From the NCBI GenBank assembly GCA_046598345.1, contig JBKJIT010000003.1:73023-137022 (forward strand): DNA of 64,000 bases. Direction: 5' to 3'. The notes beneath the pieces are model-generated. The model saw only the letters and a program-made list of their open reading frames with translations, did no database searches and was not told the DNA's origin. This DNA comes from Minisyncoccia bacterium. GTDB lineage: Bacteria; Patescibacteriota; Minisyncoccia; Phycocordibacterales; UBA918. A program made the position numbers and the translations under genes. Positions 51,715 to 61,278 of the stretch are shown here, piece after piece; position 1 is the first letter of the stretch, and every line of letters starts with the position of its first letter.

Positions 51715-52098
51715 ATGCATGCGACAGTAGCAATACCGAATTCTGGTGCAACCCCTGAAGAAGCCGTTATCATCGACATGGGGCAGCATCCACAGGTCAT
51801 GTGGAAAATCACCAAGCATGGAATGTACGTGCAGCGGGGCTTCGACGATGACGCCACGTACTTCCTGGTAAAAGAAACAGGCGAAGAAGAGGAGATTAGT
51901 TCGAGCAAATACGAACAAGCCATCGTAGGCTGGGCACCGTACGTCTCGCAGGTACTGGGACCGAACACCATTGAAATCATAAAAAATGGTGTCCAAAAAG
52001 TACTTCGCATTAGTTTTTTCTTCAACGAATGCCGTGCAGGTCCGAAAGGAATTCATGTTCGGACAGGAGATCGTTTCTCACTCATTCTTGTGGAGTAG
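51715..52098 (+). CDS. Orphan beta-rich protein, paralog pair 2a (cassette)
   Basis: TTGCTC-17-TATATT, AAGGGG SD, terminator 52111-52136. Confidence 0.65.
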   Translation: MHATVAIPNSGATPEEAVIIDMGQHPQVMWKITKHGMYVQRGFDDDATYFLVKETGEEEEISSSKYEQAIVGWAPYVSQVLGPNTIEIIKNGVQKVLRISFFFNECRAGPKGIHVRTGDRFSLILVE

Positions 52099-52208
52099 GA
52101 CAGAAGCAGAAAAGCGCAGGCACGCCTGCGCTTTTTACGTTGCGCAAAAATCTGTAATGATATAGCGTACACGTAGAGAAGTTTCCTTTAGAACACCTAA
52201 CGTGAAGG

Positions 52209-52736
52209 ATGCACATGAGCGGAGAAACGGTTATTCGCACGGAAACATTTTGGGAGCAGCTTGCAAAAGCGGCAACTGGCACGATACTTCCAGTGTTTGA
52301 AGGGGAAGCGAAAGCCTTCCGAATCGACCGAAAGGGAAGATTGTACCTCTTCATGGAGACAGGAGAGGTATTTCGTCTCGATGATTACTGCATCCTGCAA
52401 TCGTACGGGATGCATGCAGATTGTGCTGGGTGGTTTGTAGATCATCTGGATAATTTGTGCATCATTCGTAACGGTCAAGTTTTCTGCGTGTGGGAGAATG
52501 GGCATGAAGCATTTCTGCGTAATCTCACCCCGAACATGTGGGTCGCTGATGCAGTGCGGCCGTATACGTCTACAAAAGCTGGCTTCCTATATCAAGAGGA
52601 CGACGTAAAATTTGAAATCCCATGCCCCTCCGTTGATTTGTATCTCGCGTGCGACCTGGGGCTTATGTTTCGGAAAGGGAACACTTTTTCGTTCCTTGTT
52701 GTGAAGCCGGAGGAATTCAAATCAACAAAGTCTTAA
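52209..52736 (+). CDS. Orphan beta-rich protein, paralog pair 2b (cassette)
   Basis: Shares C-terminal G-hhh-R-x-G-xx-FS-hhh-V with 2a and has an identical terminator (52753-52780). Confidence 0.65.
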   Translation: MHMSGETVIRTETFWEQLAKAATGTILPVFEGEAKAFRIDRKGRLYLFMETGEVFRLDDYCILQSYGMHADCAGWFVDHLDNLCIIRNGQVFCVWENGHEAFLRNLTPNMWVADAVRPYTSTKAGFLYQEDDVKFEIPCPSVDLYLACDLGLMFRKGNTFSFLVVKPEEFKSTKS

Positions 52737-52814
52737 AGGATGATGTACGAGGAAAGCGCAGGCACGCCTGCGCTTTTTTTATGATGAGTATGCATTATTT
52801 GGTATATTGATCGT

Positions 52815-53666
52815 ATGGCGAAACGACAACTCAAAAAGACATTTCACAGCACTCCGACTATTGAAGGTGCGGGGGTATATCTCAAACGCTGTTTTGGACA
52901 TCCCGAACTACCACAGTTTGATCCGTTTCTTATGTTCGATGATTTCTCGAATACGGAAGCTTCTGCATACGACGCGGGTTTCCCCACCCACCCACATCGC
53001 GGGATGGAAACGGTCACGTACATACTTGAGGGAGAGGTTGCGCACCGAGATAGTTTAGGGAATACAGGAAGTATTAAAAGCGGCGAAGTGCAGTGGATGA
53101 CCGCGGGAAGCGGCATTCTCCACGAAGAAATGCCCATAGTGCATGAAGGCGGTGTCCGTGGTTTCCAGCTTTGGGTGAATTTACCGCAGGAGCATAAGAT
53201 GATGCCGCCTCGGTACCAGGAAATTAAAGCCACTGAAATCCCGGTAGTTGAAAGCGGAGAAACGAAAATAAAAATAATCGCAGGGGAATACAACGGAGTG
53301 CACGGTCCTGTACAAGACCTTATGGTATCGCCGACGTACCTTGATGTAACCGTACCCGCACTCACACAATTTACCGCTCCAACACCTGAAGATCAGAATT
53401 TCTTTGTGTATGTTTTTGAAGGGCATCTTGCTTTTAGGGAAGAGCGCACCGAATCCTGGGTGGCTGCGGGCGACATTGGACTCCTTACGAAGGAAAAGGA
53501 ATTTACCGCAATGGCGGGATCAAAAGGTGCCCGCTTTTTGCTCATTGGCGGCAAACCCCTAAACGAGCCTATAGCCTGGCACGGACCAATTGTTATGAAT
53601 ACTGACGAGGAAATTAGAACTGCTTTGGAAGAATTGCAGAACGGAACATTTATAAAACATTCCTAA
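52815..53666 (+). CDS. Pirin family protein
   Basis: DPFLMFD, GFP.HPHRGMETVTY, QWMTAGSGILHEE, QLWVNLP, GPIVMNT. Confidence 0.95.
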   Translation: MAKRQLKKTFHSTPTIEGAGVYLKRCFGHPELPQFDPFLMFDDFSNTEASAYDAGFPTHPHRGMETVTYILEGEVAHRDSLGNTGSIKSGEVQWMTAGSGILHEEMPIVHEGGVRGFQLWVNLPQEHKMMPPRYQEIKATEIPVVESGETKIKIIAGEYNGVHGPVQDLMVSPTYLDVTVPALTQFTAPTPEDQNFFVYVFEGHLAFREERTESWVAAGDIGLLTKEKEFTAMAGSKGARFLLIGGKPLNEPIAWHGPIVMNTDEEIRTALEELQNGTFIKHS

Positions 53667-54117
53667 GAAATAAAAAAACGGCTCAGTCCGGGAGAAAAAC
53701 TTCTCTCCCAAACTACGCCGTCGGTGCGCCTTACTGCTCGGTTTCCTTCCGTTGCCGCCGGACTAGGACTCGTTCATCAGGGTGAAAATGGTCGCATCGT
53801 ACGAATCGCATGTCACAACCGGTCCCTGCTTTGCACTTCGTTGGTGGAGGATGGGTTAGCTATCCTGATGGTTTAACGAAAAAACGCACGCATCCAGGTC
53901 TTTTGAAAACTGATCTTCCTTGTTTTTTTGTAAAGAATAGGTATACTCATGCGAGCTTTTTAAAGACCTATGTACGTTTCTGTCTTAGGGCGGATGCGGA
54001 CCAATGGGCACAAAACCGTGACTTTTCAGTCTGCGAGCTTGTGCTCGTGACATGAAAAGTCACGGTTTTGTTTTGCACGGTCATACGAAAAGCCATTTAT
54101 AAGTTAGTTTCGACACA

Positions 54118-54738
54118 ATGAAGTTCATACTCGGAACAAAAGAGCGTATGACGCAGGTGTTCGGTGAAGACGGAGTGCTTCATCCAGCAACCATTTTGCG
54201 CGTTACTCCTGTCACCATCACGCAAGTGAAGGTACTCGGGAAGGACGGATACGCTGCAGTGCAGGTGGGGCAGGGAGCGCAGAAAGCGCACCGCACCACA
54301 AAGGCAGAGAAGGGTCACCTTGGCGCTTCATACAAAGAGGTTCGAGAGTTTCGACCTCGCGCTACACACAATGAATCAGTCGAAGGACTGGAGAAGGGTG
54401 CGACACTCGAGGCAGACGTATTTGCTCCCGGAGACATCATTACCGTTTCAGCAGTTTCGAAAGGTAAGGGATTCCAGGGTGTGGTAAAACGCTATAACTT
54501 CTTAGGAGGTCCGGCGAGCCATGGTATGAAGAACACACTTCGTACGCCAGGTTCTATTGGAGCAACAGGTCCACAGCGTGTTTTCAAAGGTACTCGTATG
54601 GCAGGACGTATGGGAAGTGATCGCGTCACCGTTAAAAATCTTAAGGTTTTGCAGGTTAACACAAAGGAGAATATGCTCCTCGTGTCCGGCGCAGTTCCTG
54701 GTCGAAAAGGTACCGTAGTAGAAGTTCGAAGCGTATAA
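54118..54738 (+). CDS. rplC: 50S ribosomal protein L3
   Basis: DGYAAVQVG, SKGKGFQGVVKR, PGSIG, MAGRMG. Confidence 0.97.
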   Translation: MKFILGTKERMTQVFGEDGVLHPATILRVTPVTITQVKVLGKDGYAAVQVGQGAQKAHRTTKAEKGHLGASYKEVREFRPRATHNESVEGLEKGATLEADVFAPGDIITVSAVSKGKGFQGVVKRYNFLGGPASHGMKNTLRTPGSIGATGPQRVFKGTRMAGRMGSDRVTVKNLKVLQVNTKENMLLVSGAVPGRKGTVVEVRSV

Positions 54739-54740
54739 GT

Positions 54741-55466
54741 ATGGCTAAAAAATCAACAACTGGAACATTGGAAGCGTCTGTCTACTCACAGGCAGGGAAG
54801 GAGGTTTCAAAAGTCTCTCTTCCTGAAAGCGTATTTGGTGTTGCATGGAATAATGACCTCGTTCACGAAGTCACCGTTTCAATGCAATCAAATGCACGTG
54901 GTGGACTCGCGCACACGAAGTTCCGTGGAGAGGTACGAGGAGGAGGTAAGAAGCCATGGCAGCAAAAGGGTACGGGTCGTGCACGTCACGGTTCGTCACG
55001 TTCTCCTATTTGGTCAGGAGGAGGTGTTGCGCTCGGTCCCCGTAACGTAAAGGATTACGGAAAGAAGATTAACCGAAGCGTTCGCGCGAAAGCGCTTGCA
55101 GCGGTCTTGTCACAAAAGTTTGCTGATGGAGAGATTCTCTTCGTTGATGCACTCTCATTTGGTACGCCAAAGAGCAAAGACGCAAAGAGCATGCTCACTT
55201 CACTTGGTACTATCTCGGGGAAGGAAAGTCTCGCAACTAAGCGATCAAATGCTGCACTCATCGTTCTTTCTGGACGGGATGAGAATACAGAAAAGAGTTT
55301 CCGAAACTTTGGAAACGTCATGGTGTCACAGATTAAGGATGTGAACCCGGTTGAATTACTCACGTATAAGTACGTTGTAGTCGCAAAACCTGAGGAGGCA
55401 ATTGAAACGCTCGTGAAGCGTGTAGCTGTCCGTAAGGCACGTAAGGTTGCAACGATTAAGAAGTAA
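54741..55466 (+). CDS. rplD: 50S ribosomal protein L4
   Basis: TK.RGEVRGGGKKPW.QKGTGRARHGS. Confidence 0.97.
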   Translation: MAKKSTTGTLEASVYSQAGKEVSKVSLPESVFGVAWNNDLVHEVTVSMQSNARGGLAHTKFRGEVRGGGKKPWQQKGTGRARHGSSRSPIWSGGGVALGPRNVKDYGKKINRSVRAKALAAVLSQKFADGEILFVDALSFGTPKSKDAKSMLTSLGTISGKESLATKRSNAALIVLSGRDENTEKSFRNFGNVMVSQIKDVNPVELLTYKYVVVAKPEEAIETLVKRVAVRKARKVATIKK

Positions 55467-55467
55467 C

Positions 55468-55839
55468 ATGGGATTATTTGGAAAAAAAGAGGCGAAAGCT
55501 CCCGTGGAAACGGAAGTGATAGCGCAAAAGAAGCAAACACCACAAAGGGCAACAGCACACTACACTGAAGGTGCAATTGTCCGCCCAAGGGTGACTGAAA
55601 AGTCTGCGCTCCTCATTGATAAGAACGTATACACGTTCGAGATCAAGAAAGGTGCCACAAAGTACGAAGTGCGCGATGCGGTGAAGTCACTTTTCAAGGT
55701 GACTCCAGTGAGTGTGCACATTGTGAATAGACCCGCACGAAAAAGTTTGTCTGCAACACGCGGTCGTCGTGTTACTCAGTCGGGATTACGAAAAGCGTAC
55801 GTCTACCTCAAAGAGGGAGACCGTATTGATTTGGTTTAG
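55468..55839 (+). CDS. rplW: 50S ribosomal protein L23 with N-terminal extension
   Basis: P.VTEKS, YTF.....ATK.EV..AV..LF.V, KAYV.LK.G. Confidence 0.94.
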   Translation: MGLFGKKEAKAPVETEVIAQKKQTPQRATAHYTEGAIVRPRVTEKSALLIDKNVYTFEIKKGATKYEVRDAVKSLFKVTPVSVHIVNRPARKSLSATRGRRVTQSGLRKAYVYLKEGDRIDLV

Positions 55840-55879
55840 ATTATTATCAGTAAAGTAATTGAAGAGTGACAGTGAAAGA

Positions 55880-55974
55880 GAATATTTGGAATTTCTAATT
55901 CCTTACAGGAACTGTCCACTTATTGGATTTTTAAATAAAAAATCTCAATAAGTCTTGCGAAGTTCCAAGTATTC
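55880..55974 (-). repeat. Structured repeat family 1, copy E (antisense, between rplW and rplB)
   Basis: Minus strand GCAAG-ACTTATTG..CAATAAGT-GGACAG-TTCC TGTAA GGAA, closed by GAATACTTGGAA/TTCCAAATATTC. Confidence 0.7.
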
Positions 55975-56006
55975 ACTTCTCACGCTACGCTCATAAGAAA
56001 TTTGGC

Positions 56007-56855
56007 ATGAAAAAATTTAAACCAACATCAGCAGGGCGACGTGGCATGACAGTAATCTCGTATCGAGATGTACTCACAACTACAAAGAATGCCCCGCTCA
56101 AATCGCTCACGAAAGGGCGACGAAGTACGGGAGGAAGGAACAGTCAGGGTCGCACCACAAACCTCTATCAAGGAGGTGGAAATAAGCGAACCTATCGCGA
56201 CGTCGATTTCACGATGAACAAGAAGAATGTAGTCGCACGCGTTGAATCCATTGAGTACGATCCGTTTCGCACGGGATTCATTGCACTCGTCTGCTATGCA
56301 GATGGTGAGCGACGCTACGTTCTTGCACCAGACGGCATGGTAAAAGGGGATGAGTTTATTGTCTCAGAAGCGGCAAAGCCGAAGATGGGAAACAGACTTA
56401 CACTCGGAAACATTCCAGTTGGTACATTTGTCTCAAACATTGAGCTGAAGCCAGGAGCAGGTGGGCGCCTTGCACGTTCTGCAGGAAGCTATGCGGAAGT
56501 AGTTGCGCATGACGCAGGCTACACCCAGATCAAGATGCCATCGAGTGAAATTCGAAAGATTATTTCAACGGCATGGGCAACGATCGGTAAGGTATCAAAC
56601 GATGAGCACCAGCTCGTTACGCTTGGTAAAGCGGGACGCGCACGTTATCTAGGTCTCCGACCAAAGACACGTGGAAGCGCTAAAAACGCTGTTGATCACC
56701 CACACGGAGGAGGTGAAGGACGCGCACCGCGTGGACACAGACGAGCTCGAACGAAACAAGGTCGGCCAACAGGAAAAGGACAGAAGACACGAAGTCCAAA
56801 GAAATACTCGAACGTATTCATCGTTTCTCGCCGCAAGGTTGGAAAGCGAGGATAG
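56007..56855 (+). CDS. rplB: 50S ribosomal protein L2
   Basis: GRN..GR, IEYDP.R, ARSAG, N.VDHPHGGGEG. Confidence 0.97.
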   Translation: MKKFKPTSAGRRGMTVISYRDVLTTTKNAPLKSLTKGRRSTGGRNSQGRTTNLYQGGGNKRTYRDVDFTMNKKNVVARVESIEYDPFRTGFIALVCYADGERRYVLAPDGMVKGDEFIVSEAAKPKMGNRLTLGNIPVGTFVSNIELKPGAGGRLARSAGSYAEVVAHDAGYTQIKMPSSEIRKIISTAWATIGKVSNDEHQLVTLGKAGRARYLGLRPKTRGSAKNAVDHPHGGGEGRAPRGHRRARTKQGRPTGKGQKTRSPKKYSNVFIVSRRKVGKRG

Positions 56856-56911
56856 TCGGAGTGAAGGGACAGAAAAAAGCCCGCGCATGCGCGGGCTTTT
56901 TTGTGCAGCAG

Positions 56912-57253
56912 CTAGAAAGAATGAAGCATTCGGCACCACATGTGTTCAGCGAACACAAACTTCTGGGGCTTTCTCATTTCACCCCCACGGTAGATGGAGA
57001 GAGTCATACGAGCAAGTCCACAATGTTCAGATCGCACCCAGAGATACGAATCGTGATCCAACATGTACCCATTGAGAGGAGACATTTGAACCTGTCGAAA
57101 TGTTACGTTCGACATGTAGAAACGCCACCTGTCTCGTGGCTCAAGATTTTCGGGTGATACTGAAGGTGCGTAAGAAACCATAAAACCGCATGGCATTTCC
57201 ACTACCCTCAGCACAAAATTTTGCTCGTCGAGCAATTGTCGGATGTTACTCAA
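56912..57253 (-). CDS. Orphan protein, paralog pair 3a (cassette)
   Basis: TAGACA-17-TATATT, GAGGAGG SD before TTG start. Confidence 0.65.
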   Translation of the reverse strand: MSNIRQLLDEQNFVLRVVEMPCGFMVSYAPSVSPENLEPRDRWRFYMSNVTFRQVQMSPLNGYMLDHDSYLWVRSEHCGLARMTLSIYRGGEMRKPQKFVFAEHMWCRMLHSF

Positions 57254-57371
57254 CGCGCCTCCTCATGTACGTGAACGATCAAACCAAAATATAACGACGA
57301 ATGGCGGATATGTCTAGGGTAGTTACGCACTAAAAAACCCGCGGTGTAGCCGCGGGTTTTGGAAAACTCAA

Positions 57372-57680
57372 TCATCGCCTCATCATGATCGTCGACCAGA
57401 TGTCGCAAGGAAATGTGTAGGCTGACGTGGCATCGCCCTTACTGAAAACATACAGAACGATGAAGTCGTTTTCCGTCACCCAGCTCCATTCGACAAGGGA
57501 AGAAGGATCAATAGCAGTGCCTGTTTCCATGTTTTCCTTCATGGCGCGGAATATCTCGAAAGGAATTCTCATGGAGACGTCGTATTCTCCCGAGATGATA
57601 ATTTGAATGTGCGCCCCCTCTGGTTGTACAAACACTCGGCACCTCGGAGTCTCTTGCCCTTGAATCTGATTTGTCGTCAT
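57372..57680 (-). CDS. Orphan protein, paralog pair 3b (cassette; ATG at 57680)
   Basis: TCGACA-17-TATATT, GGAGGT SD, own terminator. Confidence 0.65.
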   Translation of the reverse strand: MTTNQIQGQETPRCRVFVQPEGAHIQIIISGEYDVSMRIPFEIFRAMKENMETGTAIDPSSLVEWSWVTENDFIVLYVFSKGDATSAYTFPCDIWSTIMMRR

Positions 57681-57819
57681 GACTACCTCCATACACTGAT
57701 CAACACAGAATATAGCGATTTATGTATGAGTTGTCGAGTAAATCGTATGCCATTGAAGTATTTGAATTATTCCAGTATCCTGCCTCTAGTAGCACCTTTA
57801 GTTTCTACGGGGGGACAAT

Positions 57820-58263
57820 ATGCAAAAGGTAATCGCAGTACGAAATGGCCGGAGCGATATTCAACATCTTACTGGAGACGGTATAGAAGAAATGCGAGCT
57901 CTCGCGGTGAAATTGAAAAATTTGATCCCACCGGGCTCGCCTACGCTTATTGTCACATCCCCACTTTCTCGAGCGCTCGAGTCGGCGAGAATCTTGGGTG
58001 AAGTGCTTCGCCAGGATGTTGTGACTTGCGATGTTCTCCAATTCGCAGCCTACCGGTTTGGAAACCAACTGAAGGTCGCGATTGAGGCTCAGGCCAGGCT
58101 CTACGACATTGTAATTGTGGTAACTCATGGCGAGTCGCCTTCAGGGATTCTGAACGCTTTCAAGCGAGAGCGTGGGGGATCAGCAGTGCTGAGGCAAACG
58201 ATTCCAGAAGGCACGGCACTCATAATGTCTCTGGACACTGGAATTTTTAACCCGATTCCGTAA
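57820..58263 (+). CDS. SixA-like histidine-phosphatase-fold protein with RNG in place of RHG
   Basis: VIAVRNG, LT..G, SPLSRALESA, IVVTHG. Confidence 0.75.
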   Translation: MQKVIAVRNGRSDIQHLTGDGIEEMRALAVKLKNLIPPGSPTLIVTSPLSRALESARILGEVLRQDVVTCDVLQFAAYRFGNQLKVAIEAQARLYDIVIVVTHGESPSGILNAFKRERGGSAVLRQTIPEGTALIMSLDTGIFNPIP

Positions 58264-58333
58264 CGAAGAACGAGTAGACGCTTGTGTACTCAAAGGCTGA
58301 CCCCCAGGTCAGCCTTTCCTTTTTCCCAATCTG

Positions 58334-58362
58334 TTGACAGATTCTCACGCTTCGCGTACTAT
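58334..58362 (+). promoter_or_regulatory. Internal promoter for rpsS-rplE
   Basis: TTGACA-17-TACTAT. Confidence 0.7.
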
Positions 58363-58516
58363 AGCCCCGTTCCACAGACTCCTGCGGTTGCAGGTAATTC
58401 AAGGACATCTACCTCTGAATTAGTGCAACACGCACCTGGTGGGATTCTCTTCTAGCGCTGGCCGTTACCTGCTGCTAGACGAGGTTCTCACCTCGCGCTT
58501 ACTAGCGATTTTCTCT

Positions 58517-58855
58517 ATGTCACGATCACTTTACAAAGGACCCTATATTCATCCTAAGCTTCTTAAGAAAGTGGAAGGAAAAAAGCCTGCGGACACAGGT
58601 GTTATTAAGACGTGGTCCCGTGCTTCAGTTATTTCCCCAGAAATGGTTGGTTTTACTTTTGGTGTACATAACGGCAAGACCCACGTATCTGTGTTTGTGA
58701 GCGAAGAAATGGTAGGACATCGTCTCGGTGAATTCTCTCCAACAAAGAAATTCATTCGTCACGGAGGTAAGATGCAGAAAGAGCTAGAGGTCAAAAAGAA
58801 AGAATCAGAAATTGCTGCAGCTAAGGCAGCAAAGGTTGCTAGCCCTGCGAAATAA
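58517..58855 (+). CDS. rpsS: 30S ribosomal protein S19 (start 58517)
   Basis: MSRSL.KGP, IKTWSR.S, VHNGK, MVGH.LGEFSPT. Confidence 0.97.
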   Translation: MSRSLYKGPYIHPKLLKKVEGKKPADTGVIKTWSRASVISPEMVGFTFGVHNGKTHVSVFVSEEMVGHRLGEFSPTKKFIRHGGKMQKELEVKKKESEIAAAKAAKVASPAK

Positions 58856-58871
58856 CTTTTGAATTCCTATC

Positions 58872-59195
58872 ATGAAAGCAATGCTTAAAAACTATCGTCA
58901 GTCACCTCGCAAGGTTCGCCTTATTGCTGATCTCGTGCGTGGCAAGAAGGTAGCGAAGGCACTTGAGACACTCAAGTTCGTAAATAAGCGTGCATCAGAG
59001 CCGTTTTCTAAACTTATCGAATCTGCAGTTGCAAATGCAAAGACCGCAGGTGTTTCTATCGATACACTCATCATCAAGTCAGTTACCGTAAACAAGGGCA
59101 CCGTGATCAAACGATTTATGCCACGAGCACGTGGTACGGCAGCCCGAATCAACAAGCGAAATAGCCATATTCACGTCGAACTCGCGCAGAAATAA
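58872..59195 (+). CDS. rplV: 50S ribosomal protein L22
   Basis: SPRKVRL.ADLVRG, SAVANA, PRARG, SHI. Confidence 0.97.
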   Translation: MKAMLKNYRQSPRKVRLIADLVRGKKVAKALETLKFVNKRASEPFSKLIESAVANAKTAGVSIDTLIIKSVTVNKGTVIKRFMPRARGTAARINKRNSHIHVELAQK

Positions 59196-59214
59196 TTTTA
59201 TTTTGTAATACATC

Positions 59215-59937
59215 ATGACACACGTCGTACATCCATATGCGCATCGCCTCGGCATCATCCGTGATTGGAAATCACGCTGGTTTGCGACGACTCCGAAACA
59301 GTATCGTGAGTACATGCGCACCGACATTGCCGTTCGAAAGTATCTTGCAACGAAGCTTCGTGGCATGCACATTGCTAACATTGAAATTGAGCGCAACGAG
59401 AAGATGTATCGTCTCATAATCAGTACATCGAGACCTGGTCTCATCATCGGACGTGGAGGGGACGGTGCGACAAAGCTCAAGAAGGAAGTTGATCTCATCC
59501 TCCGTACGCTGAAGCTCACAGAGAAGCCAGAAGTCAAAATTGATATTGAAGAAGTACGTTCGCCTGAATCAAGTGCAGCTATTATCGGCCAAATGGTCGT
59601 TGAAGGACTTGAGAAGCGTATGCCATTCCGTCGCGTCATGAAGCAAACGGCTGAAAAAGTGATGGCGAATCGAGATGTGAAGGGTATTCGAATCATTGCC
59701 TCCGGACGTCTTGGAGGTGCTGAAATGGCACGTCGTGAGGAGACTAAGCGAGGACGAATCCCGCTGCAGACACTTCGCGCAGACATTGACTTTGCACGTG
59801 AGAAAGCAATCCTCCCGTATGGCTCTATCGGTGTAAAGGTATGGATTTACCGAGGGGATATCTTTGCTGATCGTAAGGTGAATTCTGAAGAGAGTACTGT
59901 TCGTGCAGAGCGTCGTAATCGTGATCGAGCGCAGTAA
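59215..59937 (+). CDS. rpsC: 30S ribosomal protein S3
   Basis: RLGII.DW.SRW, RPGLIIGR.G, SGRLGGAE.AR, PLQTLRADID. Confidence 0.97.
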   Translation: MTHVVHPYAHRLGIIRDWKSRWFATTPKQYREYMRTDIAVRKYLATKLRGMHIANIEIERNEKMYRLIISTSRPGLIIGRGGDGATKLKKEVDLILRTLKLTEKPEVKIDIEEVRSPESSAAIIGQMVVEGLEKRMPFRRVMKQTAEKVMANRDVKGIRIIASGRLGGAEMARREETKRGRIPLQTLRADIDFAREKAILPYGSIGVKVWIYRGDIFADRKVNSEESTVRAERRNRDRAQ

Positions 59938-59951
59938 TTCTGAATTTTCAT

Positions 59952-60386
59952 ATGTTATTTCCTAAGAAAGTAAAACACCGAAAGTGGCAGACAGACAGAC
60001 GACATCCTGATCGTCTTAATGCGCCAGAAACTCGTGGCATCACGGTGTCCTTTGGTGCGTTCGGTCTCAAGGCAACCACACAGTCTCGAGTGAAGAGCAA
60101 TCAGATTGAAGCAGCGCGTCGCGTGATCTCTCGAACACTTGGAAAGACAGGAAAGGTATGGATTCGTATTTTCCCCGATAAGCCAGTCACGAAGAAACCT
60201 GCAGAAGTAGGTATGGGTAAAGGAAAGGGAGATCCAGATCACTTCATCTTCGATGTTCGCCCTGGCCGTGTTCTCTTTGAGATCGATGGAGTAACTGAAG
60301 CGGTTGCACGTGAGGCACTAAGGAAGGCAACGGCGAAACTTCCGCTTAAGGCAAAAGTCGTAACGCGTGAGCAAACTGGAGAATAA
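59952..60386 (+). CDS. rplP: 50S ribosomal protein L16
   Basis: QIEAARR, WIRIFPDKP.T.KP.E..MG.GKG. Confidence 0.97.
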   Translation: MLFPKKVKHRKWQTDRRHPDRLNAPETRGITVSFGAFGLKATTQSRVKSNQIEAARRVISRTLGKTGKVWIRIFPDKPVTKKPAEVGMGKGKGDPDHFIFDVRPGRVLFEIDGVTEAVAREALRKATAKLPLKAKVVTREQTGE

Positions 60387-60391
60387 AGTAT

Positions 60392-60607
60392 ATGAATATG
60401 GAAGAACTTAAAAAAATGAATGATGCAGACTTGCAGAAGGAGCTCGCCGAAAAGCGAGACGCCCTTCGAAAGCTCACATTTGGTACTGCAGGAAGCGCAA
60501 TGCGCGACGCTCATGCAAAGCGAAACACAAGAAATGCAATCGCGCGCATACTTACCGAGCAGAACCGCCGCGCGGGAGATGTGAAGAAGGAAACCAATAA
60601 CGCATAG
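60392..60607 (+). CDS. rpmC: 50S ribosomal protein L29
   Basis: Position in operon; L.F, R..IARILT. Confidence 0.9.
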   Translation: MNMEELKKMNDADLQKELAEKRDALRKLTFGTAGSAMRDAHAKRNTRNAIARILTEQNRRAGDVKKETNNA

Positions 60608-60614
60608 TTTCAAT

Positions 60615-60884
60615 ATGGCAACAGAAAACCTTACAACAAAGACAGAAGAAACCATCGCAAAGCGACGTGTGCTTCAGGGTGTCGTAGTGTCTACAAAGAT
60701 GCAAGACACGATTACCGTCGCTGTCGAGCGGTATGTGATGCATCCAAAGTACAAGAAGTACCAGCGCCGAACGAAGAAGTTCCTCGTGCACGACGCAGGG
60801 AACACAGCGAAGGAGGGAGAGCGCGTCAGTATTCGTGAGACGCGCCCGATGTCTCGCCGTAAGCATTTTGAGCTCATAAAATAA
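60615..60884 (+). CDS. rpsQ: 30S ribosomal protein S17
   Basis: GVVVS.KM..TI.V, HPKY.K, HD..N, ETRP.S..K. Confidence 0.96.
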   Translation: MATENLTTKTEETIAKRRVLQGVVVSTKMQDTITVAVERYVMHPKYKKYQRRTKKFLVHDAGNTAKEGERVSIRETRPMSRRKHFELIK

Positions 60885-60888
60885 GTAT

Positions 60889-61260
60889 ATGATTCAACCA
60901 CGATCAATTGTGAATATCACAGATAACTCCGGCGGAAAGCTCGGACGTGTTTTCAAGGTACTTGGAGGCTCAAAGAAGCGTTACGCTGAACTTGGCGAAA
61001 TGGTTGTCCTCTCAATTCAGACTGCAGAGCCACGAAAGTCAGTAAAGAAGAAAGACATAGTGTACGGGGTTGTTGTGCGTCAGAAGAAGGCGTACCGACG
61101 AAAGGATGGCTCATACGTGAGCTTTGACGACAACGCGGTTGTGCTTGTCGATAAGGAAAAGAAGGAACCAAAGGCAAACCGTGTGTTTGGACCGATTCCT
61201 CGCGAGCTGGGAGAAACGGGCTTTCAGAAGATTGTTTCTCTCGCACCAGAAGTGGTGTAA
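60889..61260 (+). CDS. rplN: 50S ribosomal protein L14
   Basis: MIQ, DNSG, R.DG..FDDNAVV, FGP..REL, SLAPEV. Confidence 0.97.
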   Translation: MIQPRSIVNITDNSGGKLGRVFKVLGGSKKRYAELGEMVVLSIQTAEPRKSVKKKDIVYGVVVRQKKAYRRKDGSYVSFDDNAVVLVDKEKKEPKANRVFGPIPRELGETGFQKIVSLAPEVV

Positions 61261-61278
61261 CCCAATAACTATTTGCAT

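Noticed and set aside
53740-53830. Hammerhead ribozyme (CTGATGA..GAAA) or SAM-I riboswitch on the minus strand
   Set aside because: Stem II does not close next to the core, and the SAM-I motif fragments are wrongly spaced.
59079-59786. Long antisense ORFs opposite rpsC, nusA, fusA, tuf and similar genes
   Set aside because: Shadow ORFs of conserved genes with no independent signals.
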